A DNA stretch of 64,000 bases from Nymphaea colorata. Taxonomy: Eukaryota. Position 1 is the first letter of the stretch; the number at the start of each line of letters is the position of its first letter. Positions 25,190-39,231 of this stretch are shown here, in pieces. A model generated the notes under the pieces. The model searched no databases. It saw only the letters and a program-made list of their open reading frames with translations, and was not told the DNA's origin. The DNA is taken from positions 12,338,001 through 12,402,000 of the forward strand of contig NC_045138.2 in NCBI RefSeq assembly GCF_008831285.2, in the 5' to 3' direction. Position numbers and translations under genes: made by a program.

Positions 25190-25413
25190 GTCCACATATT
25201 TATATATATCAAGAGCGAGGGATAAATATTGATGTTATGGAATGGAGCTGTCCAGGTACGGCTAGTCACTTCAATTTATGTACATGTATTCAACAGATAC
25301 AGTTAGGGCTTTGAGAGCTATATGATAGATGAAAAAAAATCTTGAAATCTGATGTGCACATTAGATTATTTGATTTTTGTACTCTCTTTCATGGTTTTAG
25401 AAACTCTAAACAC

Positions 25414-25448
<35 letters not shown>

Positions 25449-25451
<3 letters not shown>

Positions 25452-25799
25452 TGATTGGTAGGTACCAAACCACTTGTGTAAGGGATAAAAGCTAGACCAC
25501 TTAAATTTATGTTAAATTGTGTTTTAAGCAAAAATATGAACCTTTAATGTGTTTATAAACACTGATTTAATATAAATCATGTTTTACTTCAAGTAATTTT
25601 GTTAAAATATTGATCTTTATACTATCAGAGCCGTTCATTTTTTTTACTATTACAAAAACATGATTTAAGTAAAAAAACAACTAACTTAATATATGTTTCT
25701 CATCAAATCATCATATCTATCCGGTCGGATTTCAAAAGTCATATTTTAATACTTAATTTTAATAGGTCTGACTTTTCTCTCTTACCCAAGTAGTCTGGT

Positions 25800-25801
<2 letters not shown>
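25449..25801. mobile_element. MITE embedded in a (TA)n microsatellite
   Basis: About 40-bp imperfect TIRs (ACCAAACCACTTGTGTAAGGGATAAAAG / CTTTTCTCTCTTACCCAAGTAGTCTGGT) with (TA)n on both flanks. Confidence 0.6.
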
Positions 25802-25860
<59 letters not shown>

Positions 25861-28642
25861 AAACAAAGATAATGAAACCTTCGACAAAAACATAAAAGAG
25901 GATATCAAGCGTTTGAAATCCTGAAACATACTACAGAGGGAGAGTATGTGTGAAAAATTAACATTCTAGAGGACGAGAAAAACTATAGGTAAAGGTTTTG
26001 TTGGGTGAAAAGTCGAATGAAAAGGTTTCCATTTAAAAGATTTGATTTTTTTTTCCTTACATAGTTTTCTTTTCTTGATTTTTTTGTCTAGTGTGTGATT
26101 GTCGTGGACTTTAAAAAAAAAAAACATGCATTTTCATGCATATTACAGAAGCAGTTTATTGTTTCACTCAAGCTGATAAGGGATGCAACTGTTCCACTGA
26201 AAGTTGCGTGATTGAGATGGAACTGGATAGAAAACGTGTGCTGGATCCGTAACAGCTTGTTTGACAAAACAGTGTGAAACAAACACGGAAGCATCAAAAT
26301 TCTAAAGTTTCCTGATGACAGTGCTCGAAATTCATTGGCATCAACAAGGGTGAAGGGAATGATTCTAAATTAAGAAGGCTGTTGTTCGAGATAACCGATA
26401 CCGTGGAAGGCTCTAAGCTTTCTTGTCATGGGCGCTTCTTATCTTCATCGAGAATTTTGCCAATCAATTTTGAAACGACAGCCCCAGTTTGGTCTATTTC
26501 TTTGCTTCGCCCATTTTAGCACCGAACTTGACCCTTATGACATGACAAATTGTGGTAGAAAGAGAGAAAGAGAGAGAGGGAATTTCGGTTCTCATCCGGG
26601 TATTCGGGTGTCTCAATTGAGGGAAAGGCGAAAGGAAGCAATGTGATATATAGTGTAGGCTCCACCTCAAGCATCACACAGCCCTTTGACTCAGACTCAT
26701 GCAGAAGGGAGAAACTCAGACTCATGGAGAAGGGAGAAAGAGAGAGGGAATTTCGGCTCTCATCCGGGTAAGAAGATCAAAGACTCCTCCCACTCACTCA
26801 CCTATCATTCCACGGCGGCGCTGAAGGTTAAATAAAGGGTGCTCAAGTGCACAACGAAACCAGATCCAAACCGAAAAAAGCAAAACCTAAATGCTCGTGA
26901 CCTCGTCTTCTCCGTTCTCCCTCTCGCTTCAGTTTCTTCTTTCGACCGAACGGCCACTTCTTGGTTCACTGGTTTTTTGGGCAGCAGCCGCGGACGGCGA
27001 CCGGCGACGGACGACCGGTGGACGGCGACGGCGATGGCGACGGAGGGGACGGACGATGAATGGGCCACGTTCCTTTGATTTTTTTTGTTGTACAGTTGTT
27101 AGGGTTCCTCGCCCCCCGATCCCACCGACCACTCTTCAGCCCATCTCTTTGAATAGCTTGAGGACTTCCATAAGGGCCTCTACAGAATCTCTTTCAGCTC
27201 TACAAGCAAGAATCGCAGGAAAGTAACCTCCTTTAGGCACCTTTGAGAAAGCCTTATTCATCTCTCAGTTCCTCACCCGTCCCTTTGATTTGTTTTTTTC
27301 ACAACGAATTCCTATTTCATTTGCTTTTGTTTTGAGCTCTTGTCTGCATACGGTGGTTGCAAATGCTTTAATGCTCCACATTATTTTGCTCCACATAATC
27401 TCTAGAGTTCTCTGCATTGTGTGTATCGTTGCGTGTCTTGTTATATGGCTCTTAGACTTCGACTTTGTGTGCAAACCTTGCATATGCCTTGTTTTTCAGT
27501 AGGGAACTATGAACATTGTTTTTTAATGATGTGATGATATGTCATTTGTTTTTTCTCAAAATTTATAATTTTTTAAATTAAAAAATAATATTATCGTCGT
27601 ACCCATTTTCTCCTGTTTTCTTAGGTGACATAGGTTAAATAGGCCTCTTATCAGGACAAAGTGGAAGTGGAATGAAAAGTAAGAAAATAACATTTTTCGA
27701 CAAATTAACAAGAATAGTTGTATTAGGAGGACATGCTGGTTGTCAAGCATCAACCACTGAATAGAGTGACACATAGATCCTAGCTACTGCATTCTAAAAG
27801 TAAGGGGACAGCTTCGTAATCATAAGCGACGCCTGATGAGCAAAAGAAAAAGAAGAAGGATCCAAAAGAAAAGTCAGAGGGACAAATTATCCATTAAGTA
27901 TAAATTGTGAAAAACCTTTTTACTAAAACTTTTACCTCCGTTTGAAATTATACACTCCGTTTCAGCTACAATTAAGGTCTTAAATTTTCGTGGCAATTAC
28001 AGCCATCAACATGTGGGCATGGTGTGTGGGCAATTGCCCACACGGGTTCCCAAAAAGTGTTTATTTTATATTAAAACTTTATGACAGTTTTTCTATACAT
28101 GTACGTCTTTAAAATTTAAAATTATATAAGTAGTAACTTTTAGCTGGCTCCAACATGCTACCAAAGAGAGAGAGAGAGTCAATTATATAGTCAATTAGTT
28201 ATACTAAGTGGTGTGTGCTAATTGCATGGTTAATTAGTTATACTAAGCACGTAAATATGTGAATCGTATGAATTGATCATGAACTCTCCCCACCCAATCA
28301 ATTTCATTAATAGCTCATATGGTGTTACCCTGAATAGTCACTTTCCAAAGTCAAGGTATTTACTGTTATTTATTTCCTTTTGCATTATACACTACTGAAC
28401 TTAATTACAAGTAGCACTTATAATCAGGTCACATTTATAATGTATATATATATATATATATATATCCCGGTATAAGCACGTAGAGTGCGAAAACTATATT
28501 CATTAAATTTTCCAGTCAACATCGGCAACAATTGGTTTGAACGCCTTATGTCGAAGGGGGAAAAGAAAAAGCACCAGAAAAATAATTAAGCAGGTTCGAC
28601 GGCTTCCACGCAACGTCAGTGAAAAGGGCTCCAGGACGAGTC

Positions 28643-29119
28643 ATGTCAGAGACAACCCATCAGCCTTTATGCTCATCTTTTCATTCCCGTCCACCGCCCC
28701 TTCATTCACTCTTACACGACACAGCGCCATTGCTGCAGCAATCATTTCCCACTTCCATCTCCCTCGCTCTCTCACTGCACAACGAAATTAAGGTACGTGG
28801 TAATCAATTGAGGACAGAGCATGTGCAAACGCCAACTGCAAATACTTCACGAGTTCGTGGGACAGTAGGCGGAGGAAATCGCCAATCCAAAGTGTCCTTG
28901 ACATTCTTTTTGGGCATGATGCAGATGGGAGGAAGAAATATTTTTTTAAAAAACTCTTTTGGGGGAGAGGAAGAGGGCTCCCACCCCCATGGCAGTTCAT
29001 GTAGCAACAAAAGCAAAAGCGGGATGGATGGAGTCGATGAGGATGATGGCTCACATGCTGACAGCAGAATTCAATTGTCCCCCCCTCCTCAACAGCAGCC
29101 TCGTCTTTATAATCCCTAG
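28643..29119 (+). other. Possible small two-exon gene or pseudogene of unknown product (join 28643-28792, 28925-29119)
   Basis: GC-richer open frame with phase-0 donor AAG|GTACGT and acceptor TGCAG|ATG. No recognisable domain. Confidence 0.2.
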
Positions 29120-30605
29120 GTGCACCCCCACATCTCCTCTCCAAACCACTTATTTTGGATAATTTGGTTTTTTTTATCTTTAATTTAAAAAAAAAAAACA
29201 AATTTTGATGACAGCCCATCTAACATTTGATGTCCTTCTAAATGACCACCTAACTTATATGAGTATTTTTCAACCCAACACCTCCCCTTCCTATCATTTG
29301 GTTTTAAGTGATACAGCATCTGGTCATCAATTTCATTTTTATGGGTACTATTCTTTTATACTGCAAGAAGCAGTAAGTAACAATAGTTCTCATTTCAAAC
29401 AACAGTTTCTTTATACTAACTAATGTTGATCTTTGGTTCTTCTTTCTTTTTGTGAGATGTTATTTGTATTCTTGAAGCACTGAGCCAGCCCTTGGAATCT
29501 ACCGTGCATGTGCATGAAGGATAGCAAATCTTTTGGTGCTACCCTTTCCCTTTATACAGATAATTTTATTCAACAAAGATACGGGGTCCGTATCTCCCAG
29601 CAAGCTGTTATTGCGAACAAGAATTAGTTGATGAGTGTCATGTTTTTTACCTAGATCCCGAAATGGCTTTGGACCATGGAGCTAGGAAGAAAAAGAAAGG
29701 AGTTTGTACCTCTATCCCACTCTTTTTCTACCATTTGGTAAACTTTTTTTTTTGTCTCACTTCAAGTTGTTGAATGAAAGTAATAGTAGTACCTGACATT
29801 AATTAGGGCTCTTTTTACAATAATAAACTAGAAGTTTTAGCTTGTTATATCTCTTTCTTAGCCTACCAAGAGGGAAAAAGACACCGCGCCATCTGGATTT
29901 AATGTGAATTACATAAATTATGCCTAAATGCACTGGCTTCAATAACAATTACTAAAAGCTAGACAGAAAGGGTCTCTATCGGATTAATGAAAGTAAGTTG
30001 GTCCTTAAAATGAAACTGGTGAGTTTTTCGTTTTATAATATGGTTACGGGCGAAAGCACATATAACAACAATACTAGTGCATTGGGCGATGTTCAATCGA
30101 ACGATATAGTGGGGAACCACTTTGTCCCCTCAAGTCTTAACACGAGAATTGAGACTTCCAAGAGGTGTGAATCCATTTTGTTCTTGAAAATCCCAAGAGA
30201 GAGAGAGAGAGAGAGAGCATGTAGGAAGGTTTGATAAGAAGAAGAAAAGTTTAGAAAGGTAAGGACGGTGAAAATACAAGGACGAAAATAAAGCCCTTCT
30301 TTCTCCTTTCTCGTTGTGGCCATCCCTCCTAGGAGCCATACGCAAGATTTTCGGGTTACTTTTCAATTATTTTTCTATTAACGTTTCTTTGATGCGGATG
30401 TTAGGAACCTTTCCTGATGCGGATGCAAAAGAAATGAAACAAAAAAGAAAAGCTTTAAAAAACAATAATTAATGATATGATTCTGGCCAAATCATGTTTC
30501 AGCAACAGGCCAGAGAAGTTTATAATCCAATTATTTTGTTTTCTTATTATCCTAGCTTATCTATTTTTGCCTACTACTAAAATTTTCATCTTTCCTGTTT
30601 GGCAG

Positions 30606-30798
30606 CAGGGGTCGAGTGAGGATTTTTTGCAAGGACGGGCCAAACGGTTCAATGAAGTTATTCGGGTAGAGCCAAACTAAACTCGAATCCAAAAAATACA
30701 TTACGCAACTAAAATTTTTCAATTTTTTTAATGTAATTTTTTTTTCAATTAGTTGTGGTGGGGCCACGGCCTAGGCAGATGCCCCCCCTCTGCTCCTG
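30606..30798. mobile_element. hAT MITE related to the hAT element at 32268-36566
   Basis: Ends CAGGGGTCGAG / CTCTGCTCCTG. Shares GGATTTTTT..CAA.G.CGGGCCAAACGGT.CAATGAAGT and the CCA(C/T)GGCC(T/C)AGGC right subterminal with the large element. Confidence 0.7.
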
Positions 30799-30847
30799 AG
30801 TAGCAGAACCCCATGTAGTATGATGTGTGGGCAATTGCCCACACCAG

Positions 30848-31486
<639 letters not shown>

Positions 31487-32830
31487 GTTAGAAATTATGC
31501 ATTACGTCAGATGCTGCAAATTCTAATGTGTGGCAAGAGGCAGTACCCCACCAACCTGTATACCCTATAGGCACCCTATTTTAAGCGTTGGTCATAATTG
31601 TATTAAGAATTACATTTTTAAAAGATCCTACTTCGAAGAAGAGGTCCATAAGCACATATAACAAATATTTTCTTTGAGCAGAATGTGATTTTTCAAAAGT
31701 GTTTCTAATAGGAAATCATAAGAACCTATTGAATTAAGGAAATTTATAATAGGCCAAATTGAATTTGCCTTTTGGTTATTTCTAGTTTTCAAACTTAGAA
31801 GGGTGCTTTTGAACCAGATCCCAAATTTGATAGATCACACACACACACACTCTCTCTCTCTCTTTCTCTCTCTCTCAGAAGGCCATGCCATACTTAATCA
31901 ATGATTTCTATGACTAATATCCATAATACATCTCAATAAGCTTATAAATCTTATCTGTATTTAAAGATCAATCGTTTAGTTGTTGGTAGCATAAGTGAAG
32001 TTTTTCTATCATGACCAAATGACCATTTTACCAATCACAAGAAAGTGTTTGAACTGATTTTTTAGAAGCATTTCAAATGTAGGAAACACTGACAAGAACT
32101 ATAGCTAAACTCATTTCATTTAGGTGCCAAAAACATAGACCATGACTAGGTTGCCATTACTATTCTAATGACCATCTTGCCCCTAATTCTTAGAAAACAT
32201 CCAGAACTTTGAAAATTGTCTGAAGCTAGTTCAATCAAGACCATTCTTACCCTTACAAGTCTTTAAGCACACGTGGAGCCAGGATTTTTTTCAACGGCGG
32301 GCCAAACGGTCCAATGAAGTATAATATATTTTATATATATATATATACTCACGTACATTAGATGATATTTGTAAACCATAGTATAGTAGAAGTGAACATA
32401 TGTCGTATATAATTGTCACGTCATGAACGTAAAGCGCGACCTATACTACGACATATTTAATAATTGTTTATGTCATTAACACAAAGTGCAGTTTGCCCTG
32501 AACAGATAAGGTGCTCTATTTCTGTTACAGTAACATAAGTGTGAGCAGTGAGCATAAGATGGACATACAAATATAACAACTCAAAATATAGTAAACAAAT
32601 AAACCTATAAACTCCAAACCAAAAAAATAAATGTTACTTACCTAAAACAAGCAATTTTGTATTCTTTCGATGTAACACAATCAGCTTCTGTTCTTATTGA
32701 AAATAATTACATGGCATCATTCATTCATCTGCACAATAAAATGTAAGCAAAAACTACATCATTTATTGTTAAAACTAAATAATGACTCAAATAAACATTA
32801 ACATAAAAAGGATGCAACAAAATACTTTAC

Positions 32831-35247
32831 CTATTGTAATCGTGCTCTACGACTTTTCATCTTGTAAAAGACATCAATAACATCATTGAAATCAAACATT
32901 TGAGTAATTTCTTTCTCAATATACAAAAGTAAACAATCTGCAAAGAATTCATCATTCATTTTGTTACGCAACCTTGTTTCATAGCATGGAATAATCTTTC
33001 TATAGTTGCAGTGGTGACAGGAAGCGTTAGAATGAGACTAAGCAACCTGTACACGTAAGAATATCCTTCACTTTTTCTACTAAGTACCATTGCTTAACAT
33101 ACATCTAATAGTGTAACCAAATTTTGAAAACTTGGATGATAACAAATATCATTCTTATGATGTCTCAATTGACAATTTAAACCCATAAAATCTGAGTCTA
33201 AAAAATCTTCAGGATAAAACTTCTCTGCAAGAGTGTATGTATCTTGTGTATTCAACGACTCATATTGATCTCTATGGTCGAATGTCAACATCAAACGAAG
33301 TATGTTCAATGAATTTTCATTAAAGCTACTGTTCAATTCTACCAGCTGAGAATCAATGGTGGCAATAAAAATATCAACATGATAATGATCTCTCACCGTA
33401 ATAAAATTACGTTCACGACGAGAACGTGATCCTCTGACAAAATATTGAGCATTCATATTTGGAATATGGATATCATGTGCCATACAAAATGCTCCATAAT
33501 ATCTATAAATGAATCTCAACCATTCTTCCTAAGTTTTTGTAGGAACTTTTTTTGAATTATAAACCATAACTATTGCATTTAAATGTCTTGTCTTTGCCTT
33601 TGCAATGAAAAACATAGAATATCACTCTATCCCAAATTTCTTGTACTAAGTGCAAAATAAATATAAGGTTAAATGATGTGATCATGTCATAAGCTGAATT
33701 ACCTTCACCCCGTATTTGATATGTTGATCCATTGTCTCTTAAATTTTACAATATTACACATGTTGCATCAAACATTTTTATCAAACTGCACACAGACAAA
33801 CAATGAAATCCCCTTCTAGTATCACCGGGCTGCTGTAGTGATCCAATTTGATTAGGTCATCTTCCTGTTTCAAGTTCATCTATAGCAATTCTAAATGCAA
33901 TTTTATTTACTTGAGCTTCATGCAATTCATCATACATTTACTGTTTTCACTAACAACATTAATGACATATGTTAATTGTTCAAAAAATTTATCAACATAG
34001 ACAACTTCTTTTGAAGTTGCAACAAGTGCAAGTTGTAATCTATGAGCAAAACAATAAACATAATATGCATAAGGACATTCATTCAAAATTAATGTTTGCA
34101 ATCCATTCCATTCACATAGCATACTACTAGCACCATCATATCTTTGACCCTGTATATCTTGAATGCTGAGACAACAAAGTAGGAGTTGCATTCTTCAAAA
34201 TAATTGTTGTAGTATCCCTTACAAACACAATATCTAAAAATCGCTCTTGAACTTGACCTTGCTTATTACAGCCATTTGTTCTTTCTTGGACTCATCTCGA
34301 GCTTCATCAATAGTAATAAAATATTTAGCATCACCAATTTCTTTTATAATTTTAACTCACTTTACTTACAAAAACATGTAAAATTTCTTTCTGAACTATT
34401 GATAAAGTATATTTAGCATTCTTTGGGGCATTATCCAAGACAACTTGTGCAACTTTGTCATTATAACTAGCTAAAGTTTTAATGAACTCAATAAAGTTAC
34501 ATTGATTCAATGAACATGAACTTTCACCATGGCCTCTAAAAGAACAAGTTTGAAATGCTAACCAACGAAGTTGTTGTGAACAAGTTCTGAACTTTGCTTT
34601 TTCAATCATTTTATTTATGTATTTGCTTTGATGACTTAAGTCATTAAATGCGCGCACATTCATATTATGGGGTGAATTTTGACTTATCCTTTCATGAATA
34701 TGAAATGCACATGTTTTCTCACTACCACCCATTTTCATCCAAGCTCTGAATCCTTCAATAATAAATGGATTGTCATTTGAATATAGAGTACCGAAAAGAT
34801 AACACGGCAAACAATATGCACTATCTGTCTTGGGAGAATATTCTAACCATAGAAATTTTTGAAACAATAAAGCTTGAAATTTACGATGATGATTTGAAGG
34901 ACCTGACACTGGATATCTATGAAGCCATGCTGATATGACCCATAATTAATATATGCTCGCCTAACTTCATCTCTTTCATTTACTGTATCTCCCATATAGA
35001 ACATCGTAACCCTGGACCAACACGATGCTTTCTGCAGTTTCAATTTTTGAATACTAAAAAGTTGAAGAATCTGAGTGAAAAAGAACAACATCAAGAGCTT
35101 TCGGACTAGAACAACTAACATTTTGGTTTTCTCCCTCTTGGTTTTCTCCCCCTTGGTTTTCTTCCTCTTTGTTTTCTTTCCTTTGGTTTTCTCCCTCTTG
35201 ATCAATAACTTATTTTTTTTTTAAATAATCTTAATATTTTTCATCAT
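32831..35247 (-). pseudogene. hAT transposase (TTF-type Zn finger / DUF4371 / dimerisation domain), disrupted
   Basis: WLEYSPKTDSAYCLPCYLF, WLAFQTCSFRGHGES, QRYDGASSM, YVYCFAHRLQLALV and LILTLPVTTATIER. Confidence 0.9.
35123..35200. repeat. Five 15-bp tandem repeats in the transposase N-terminal region
   Basis: TTGGTTTTCTCCCTC x5 with variants. Confidence 0.85.
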
Positions 35248-38200
35248 CTTTTCAATAAGCTAACACAAAAAAACCTGAAATTTATAATAGACAATAAGAT
35301 TTAAACGTATCGATGTAATTGAACTCGAAACATATCAAACACTAAAAGGACATAATCACATCACATAGATGCTAGATTATGCAAGCATCGTAAAATAAAA
35401 ACGTAAGTGTTGAAAGGAAGTTTCTCATAAGTCATAACTAATGTTGCTAGTTTAATGTAGTGAGTTCAAGACATTTTAACTAGAGTGAATCAAATGAGAA
35501 CTATAAAATTCAAGATTCTCAAGTCCTTTAGAATGAGACAATGGGTCTTCCCAATACTGAGTGAATTGTCGAACTATATTTTTGTCATCTTAACTAGTTA
35601 ATATAGGAGTAGCAGCTAGGCCTCTGGTTGCCTCAAGCTAAAGTAGTCCACAATCAGAATTGACTTTAAACAGCTCACTGATAAAGCAACAACCATCTTC
35701 ATTTGAATAAAATACAAAACTTTGTTTGAACTCATTGGGTGCAACGATGCAGTGTAAGACCATAATGGGTTCCTGTGTTTCCAATTCATCAAAAATGATG
35801 TCTTTACTCTTTAGTAGTTGGACTTTTGTACCTGCTACATGCAACACATTTGATTCATAACTTTAATCAACCTTCATATATTCTAACTTGCAACAGCCGT
35901 AAAAGTCTCTGCAACTAGAAGCTAATGCCTAATGATATTAAAAAACAAAGGAAACACAAACAAGGAAAAACAGTGGGTTGTGGGCCACTGAATTGATAAA
36001 TTCAAACCAATTAACCAACTCTAAAAAGAAACAACCAAGCATATCAAAGCAAAACAATCCAAACACAACAAAAGAAAGCACATGCCACAACATTCATCAT
36101 CAAGAGAAAACAAAAAGCATCAGACATGAGACATTGATCTTGAGCCACAAAAATCGACTGATGATTTGATGAAGGGGGGGGGGGGGGGGGGGGGGGGGGA
36201 CAAGACGACGTAGATTATAGAAGTATCTGTCTAGTATGCCCAAGTGCCAACGACTAAGAACAGCTGCGAGAGACCATACCTTGGCTGTTTGGCAGAAATC
36301 TATCAGAGATAAATGGAAAGACCAAAGGGGATCTCCTGTGCTGTGGGCCAAGGAGGGAGCGAGCGAGCAAGAGAGAGGGCGGGGCCAGTGATCGCCTGCA
36401 GCCCCGCACAGTGGGCCAGAGAGGGAGCGAGAGAGAGAGAGAGAGAGGGCACGAGAGAAGGGGCTGCATTTTATTCTTAAAAAAATTTAATTTTTTATAT
36501 ATAATTTTTTTTTCATGCGCTGGGGTGGAACCATGGCCCAGGCGGGCCCCCCTCCCTCCGCCCCTGTCTTTAGGAGCCCTTAGTCAGCTTTCAGCCATAA
36601 CTTAGCTCAGACGCTGCACTTTAACTCGAGTAGCTCACAGAACCAAGTGACCCACCATTTATGTATCACCAAGACCATGTTAGATCTAGTCGAGTTCAAC
36701 ATATATTCACCTCAGTGTGGCCTGAATATTTCCAGAGTTATTTTCAATTCTAGGATGAGATGTCTGATTTCAAAGTGTCACCCTCTCACCTATTTGGTAG
36801 GATTCAAGCTCAAATTCAACTCTACCAAAACAACCCTCATTTGTCTGTTTGGCATCCTCACTGCTTTCTGGCTCACTGGTTTCAGTCACTTGATGCAGGG
36901 TGTTCAGCGACCACTTGAGGCCTCCTTAGGTCGAAAACAGTGTCAGTGCACATAGGTGGGTGAGCTATGAGCCTTTCTAAATGTTTCTCCCTCCCTCTCG
37001 GCAATGATGCATTGTTCATTCCCTTTCATTTTCATTAGAGTTTCTTGTTTGAGACTCTGATCCCTCTCTTTTAATGCTTTCTCCTTCCCTCAGCCTCAGG
37101 CCTCTCTCCTATGGCCATGTGGACAGGTTTTTGCATATTACACTCACCATGGAAGCCCCTTTACCTACCGATGTGGAGGTGGAACCATGGAAGCCCGTGT
37201 GCCTGTTGCTCCATCAGTGACTAAACCACTACAATGAGTCTCCCTTCTTTGATTGTCTATTTGTTTCTGCTTTTGATTTAGGAATTAGGGTTTTGCTCAA
37301 TTGGTATGGAATTTAGAGAATTCGTGATTTGCTCAAATGTTCTAGCATTTAGGGATTTGCTCAATTGTTGTAGCATTTAGGGATTTTCTTTATTCAATTG
37401 TTGCGTTGTGTAGTATTAGGGATTTGGCCATTTGGGGCTTCTAGTTCAGAAAAATCATAGAAATAACTTCAACTGTTCATTCATTTTTCTTGTCTACACT
37501 GAGCAGGGTCATTTGATTACTTCTTTAGTTCATTAGTTTTTAAATTTTTTCTTCTCACTATATCGTAGTAGTGGCTGTTTTCTGCTCTTGTTTCTCTCTT
37601 TTAGTAAATGCTATGAGATGAATATTATTTCTTTTACTTATATAGTCGTGAATCTTATACCAGAACTAGAAGATAATTTCTAATTTCATGATAAGCAATG
37701 TCAGCATGAAGACTATAATTTAGTAATTAGAAGCAATGTAAAGCTTTACACTCTCTAAAACATTGAAAAATAGCAATTTTAAGTTGCAAATCAGATTTTA
37801 TTTGCTTTTTCAAGCTATTATTTTGATTCTTCAATTTTATTAATTTGCCCAAGCTGTTAATTATCTGCACTATCCTACTATCAATCTTTCATGTTGAATG
37901 TTGCTAGGTATTTTATTTTTTTGTCTTTTGCTGCCATAAGTTGATAATCATTGGTTTTCCATTCAAAAGTGCATCAATTTCTTGCTCATTTTAGAAATTA
38001 GCATCTTACTCATCTACTTGTTTGGGACAACTTTATGTGTGTAGTCTTGTGTGCCCCCTTATGCATATCAAGCTCAACCCAGTGTCTTGGCTGTAGCTGG
38101 CATAAAGAGAGGGTGAAATTTACAACTGCTAATTTATAGCAAAAAATATCAATTAAGTGAAACATATATAGTTTACAGTGCAGTACACACAGGACTTAGA

Positions 38201-39231
38201 GAGTTTGCAAAGAAGGTTCCTGACCTCGAGCAATCCCACATCTCGGTAGACTCAAGAACTTGGGGCAGACCAGAAAATTTTTTAGGGTCAAGCATTGTCC
38301 CATTTGTTACCTTTGTTGTCAGAATCTCGTGAATAGCTAGCGAGTTGAGTCAATCATCAAGCAAAATTGCATTCTAAATCAGCAATTAGTCAATCCAATT
38401 GGTCATTTAGTCAACCTATAGTCAGCATAGCTGTTGGTCAGTCAACTAATGTTTGTCATATAGCCTACATTTTATTCTATTAATTTTTGGAGGATGAATT
38501 CCTAAGCTAGGGGCATATGGTGAATGACCTGAGGTATATAGCAGCATATATTTCTTCATGCATTGTAGATTGAAGTGCTATGCATGTGGATATTGAATAT
38601 TTGCATCAAAGTATCTCTTGTAGTCTTCTTCTTTATCATTTAGTTAATAATTATAGTTTTTTTTATATAGACTGCACCAATCTCTTTAGTTTTTGTAGAG
38701 ACCAAGGAAGGTGCATATTCATTGGAACACTAGCTATATGTGAATTAGTTTCCAACCTCAAATATGACTCATGGTGATGGAACATAACAGGTATGTCATA
38801 AAGTCCACTAGGTGTTCCAAAGATATGCTTGGCAATGCAAGCTAGGCTATTTATGTTAGATATATGTGTTTTTGCTTGTCAATTGTGTGCTAGTTTATGT
38901 TCCAAATATGATTCTGTCCTTTGTCCTCATTTGCTTGTCAATTGCATGGGTATATGCGGTTTTGTAAGCTAAGCTATTTTATGTTACAATTTTTCTATCT
39001 TCTTTTGCTTGACAAGTGAGAAAACTAGTAAAAAGGTATCATTTTGTTTGGAACCTTATAAGAAAGGTTGTTGGATTTGCTCCATATGCGAAGTAGAGAA
39101 AGTAACAAAAAATAGCAATTTGAATATATTATATATTGATTGTATATTCAATATATAGTGTTTAATGTTAATACTTTATAATATAATATAGACCTACAAT
39201 TTTTTTTTATTTTATCTTTTTATTGATAAGC

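Larger units (their letters stand above)
32268..36566 (-). mobile_element. hAT DNA transposon, structurally complete but decayed
   Basis: Ends CACACGTGGAGCC / CTCCGCCCCTG, 8-bp TSD TCTTTAAG / TCTTTAGG (7/8), internal transposase remnant. Confidence 0.88.

Noticed and set aside
26825..27641. 10-bp direct repeat AGGTTAAATA as a possible MULE TSD
   Set aside because: No TIRs inside the repeats, and an AT-rich 10-mer match at this distance is plausible by chance.
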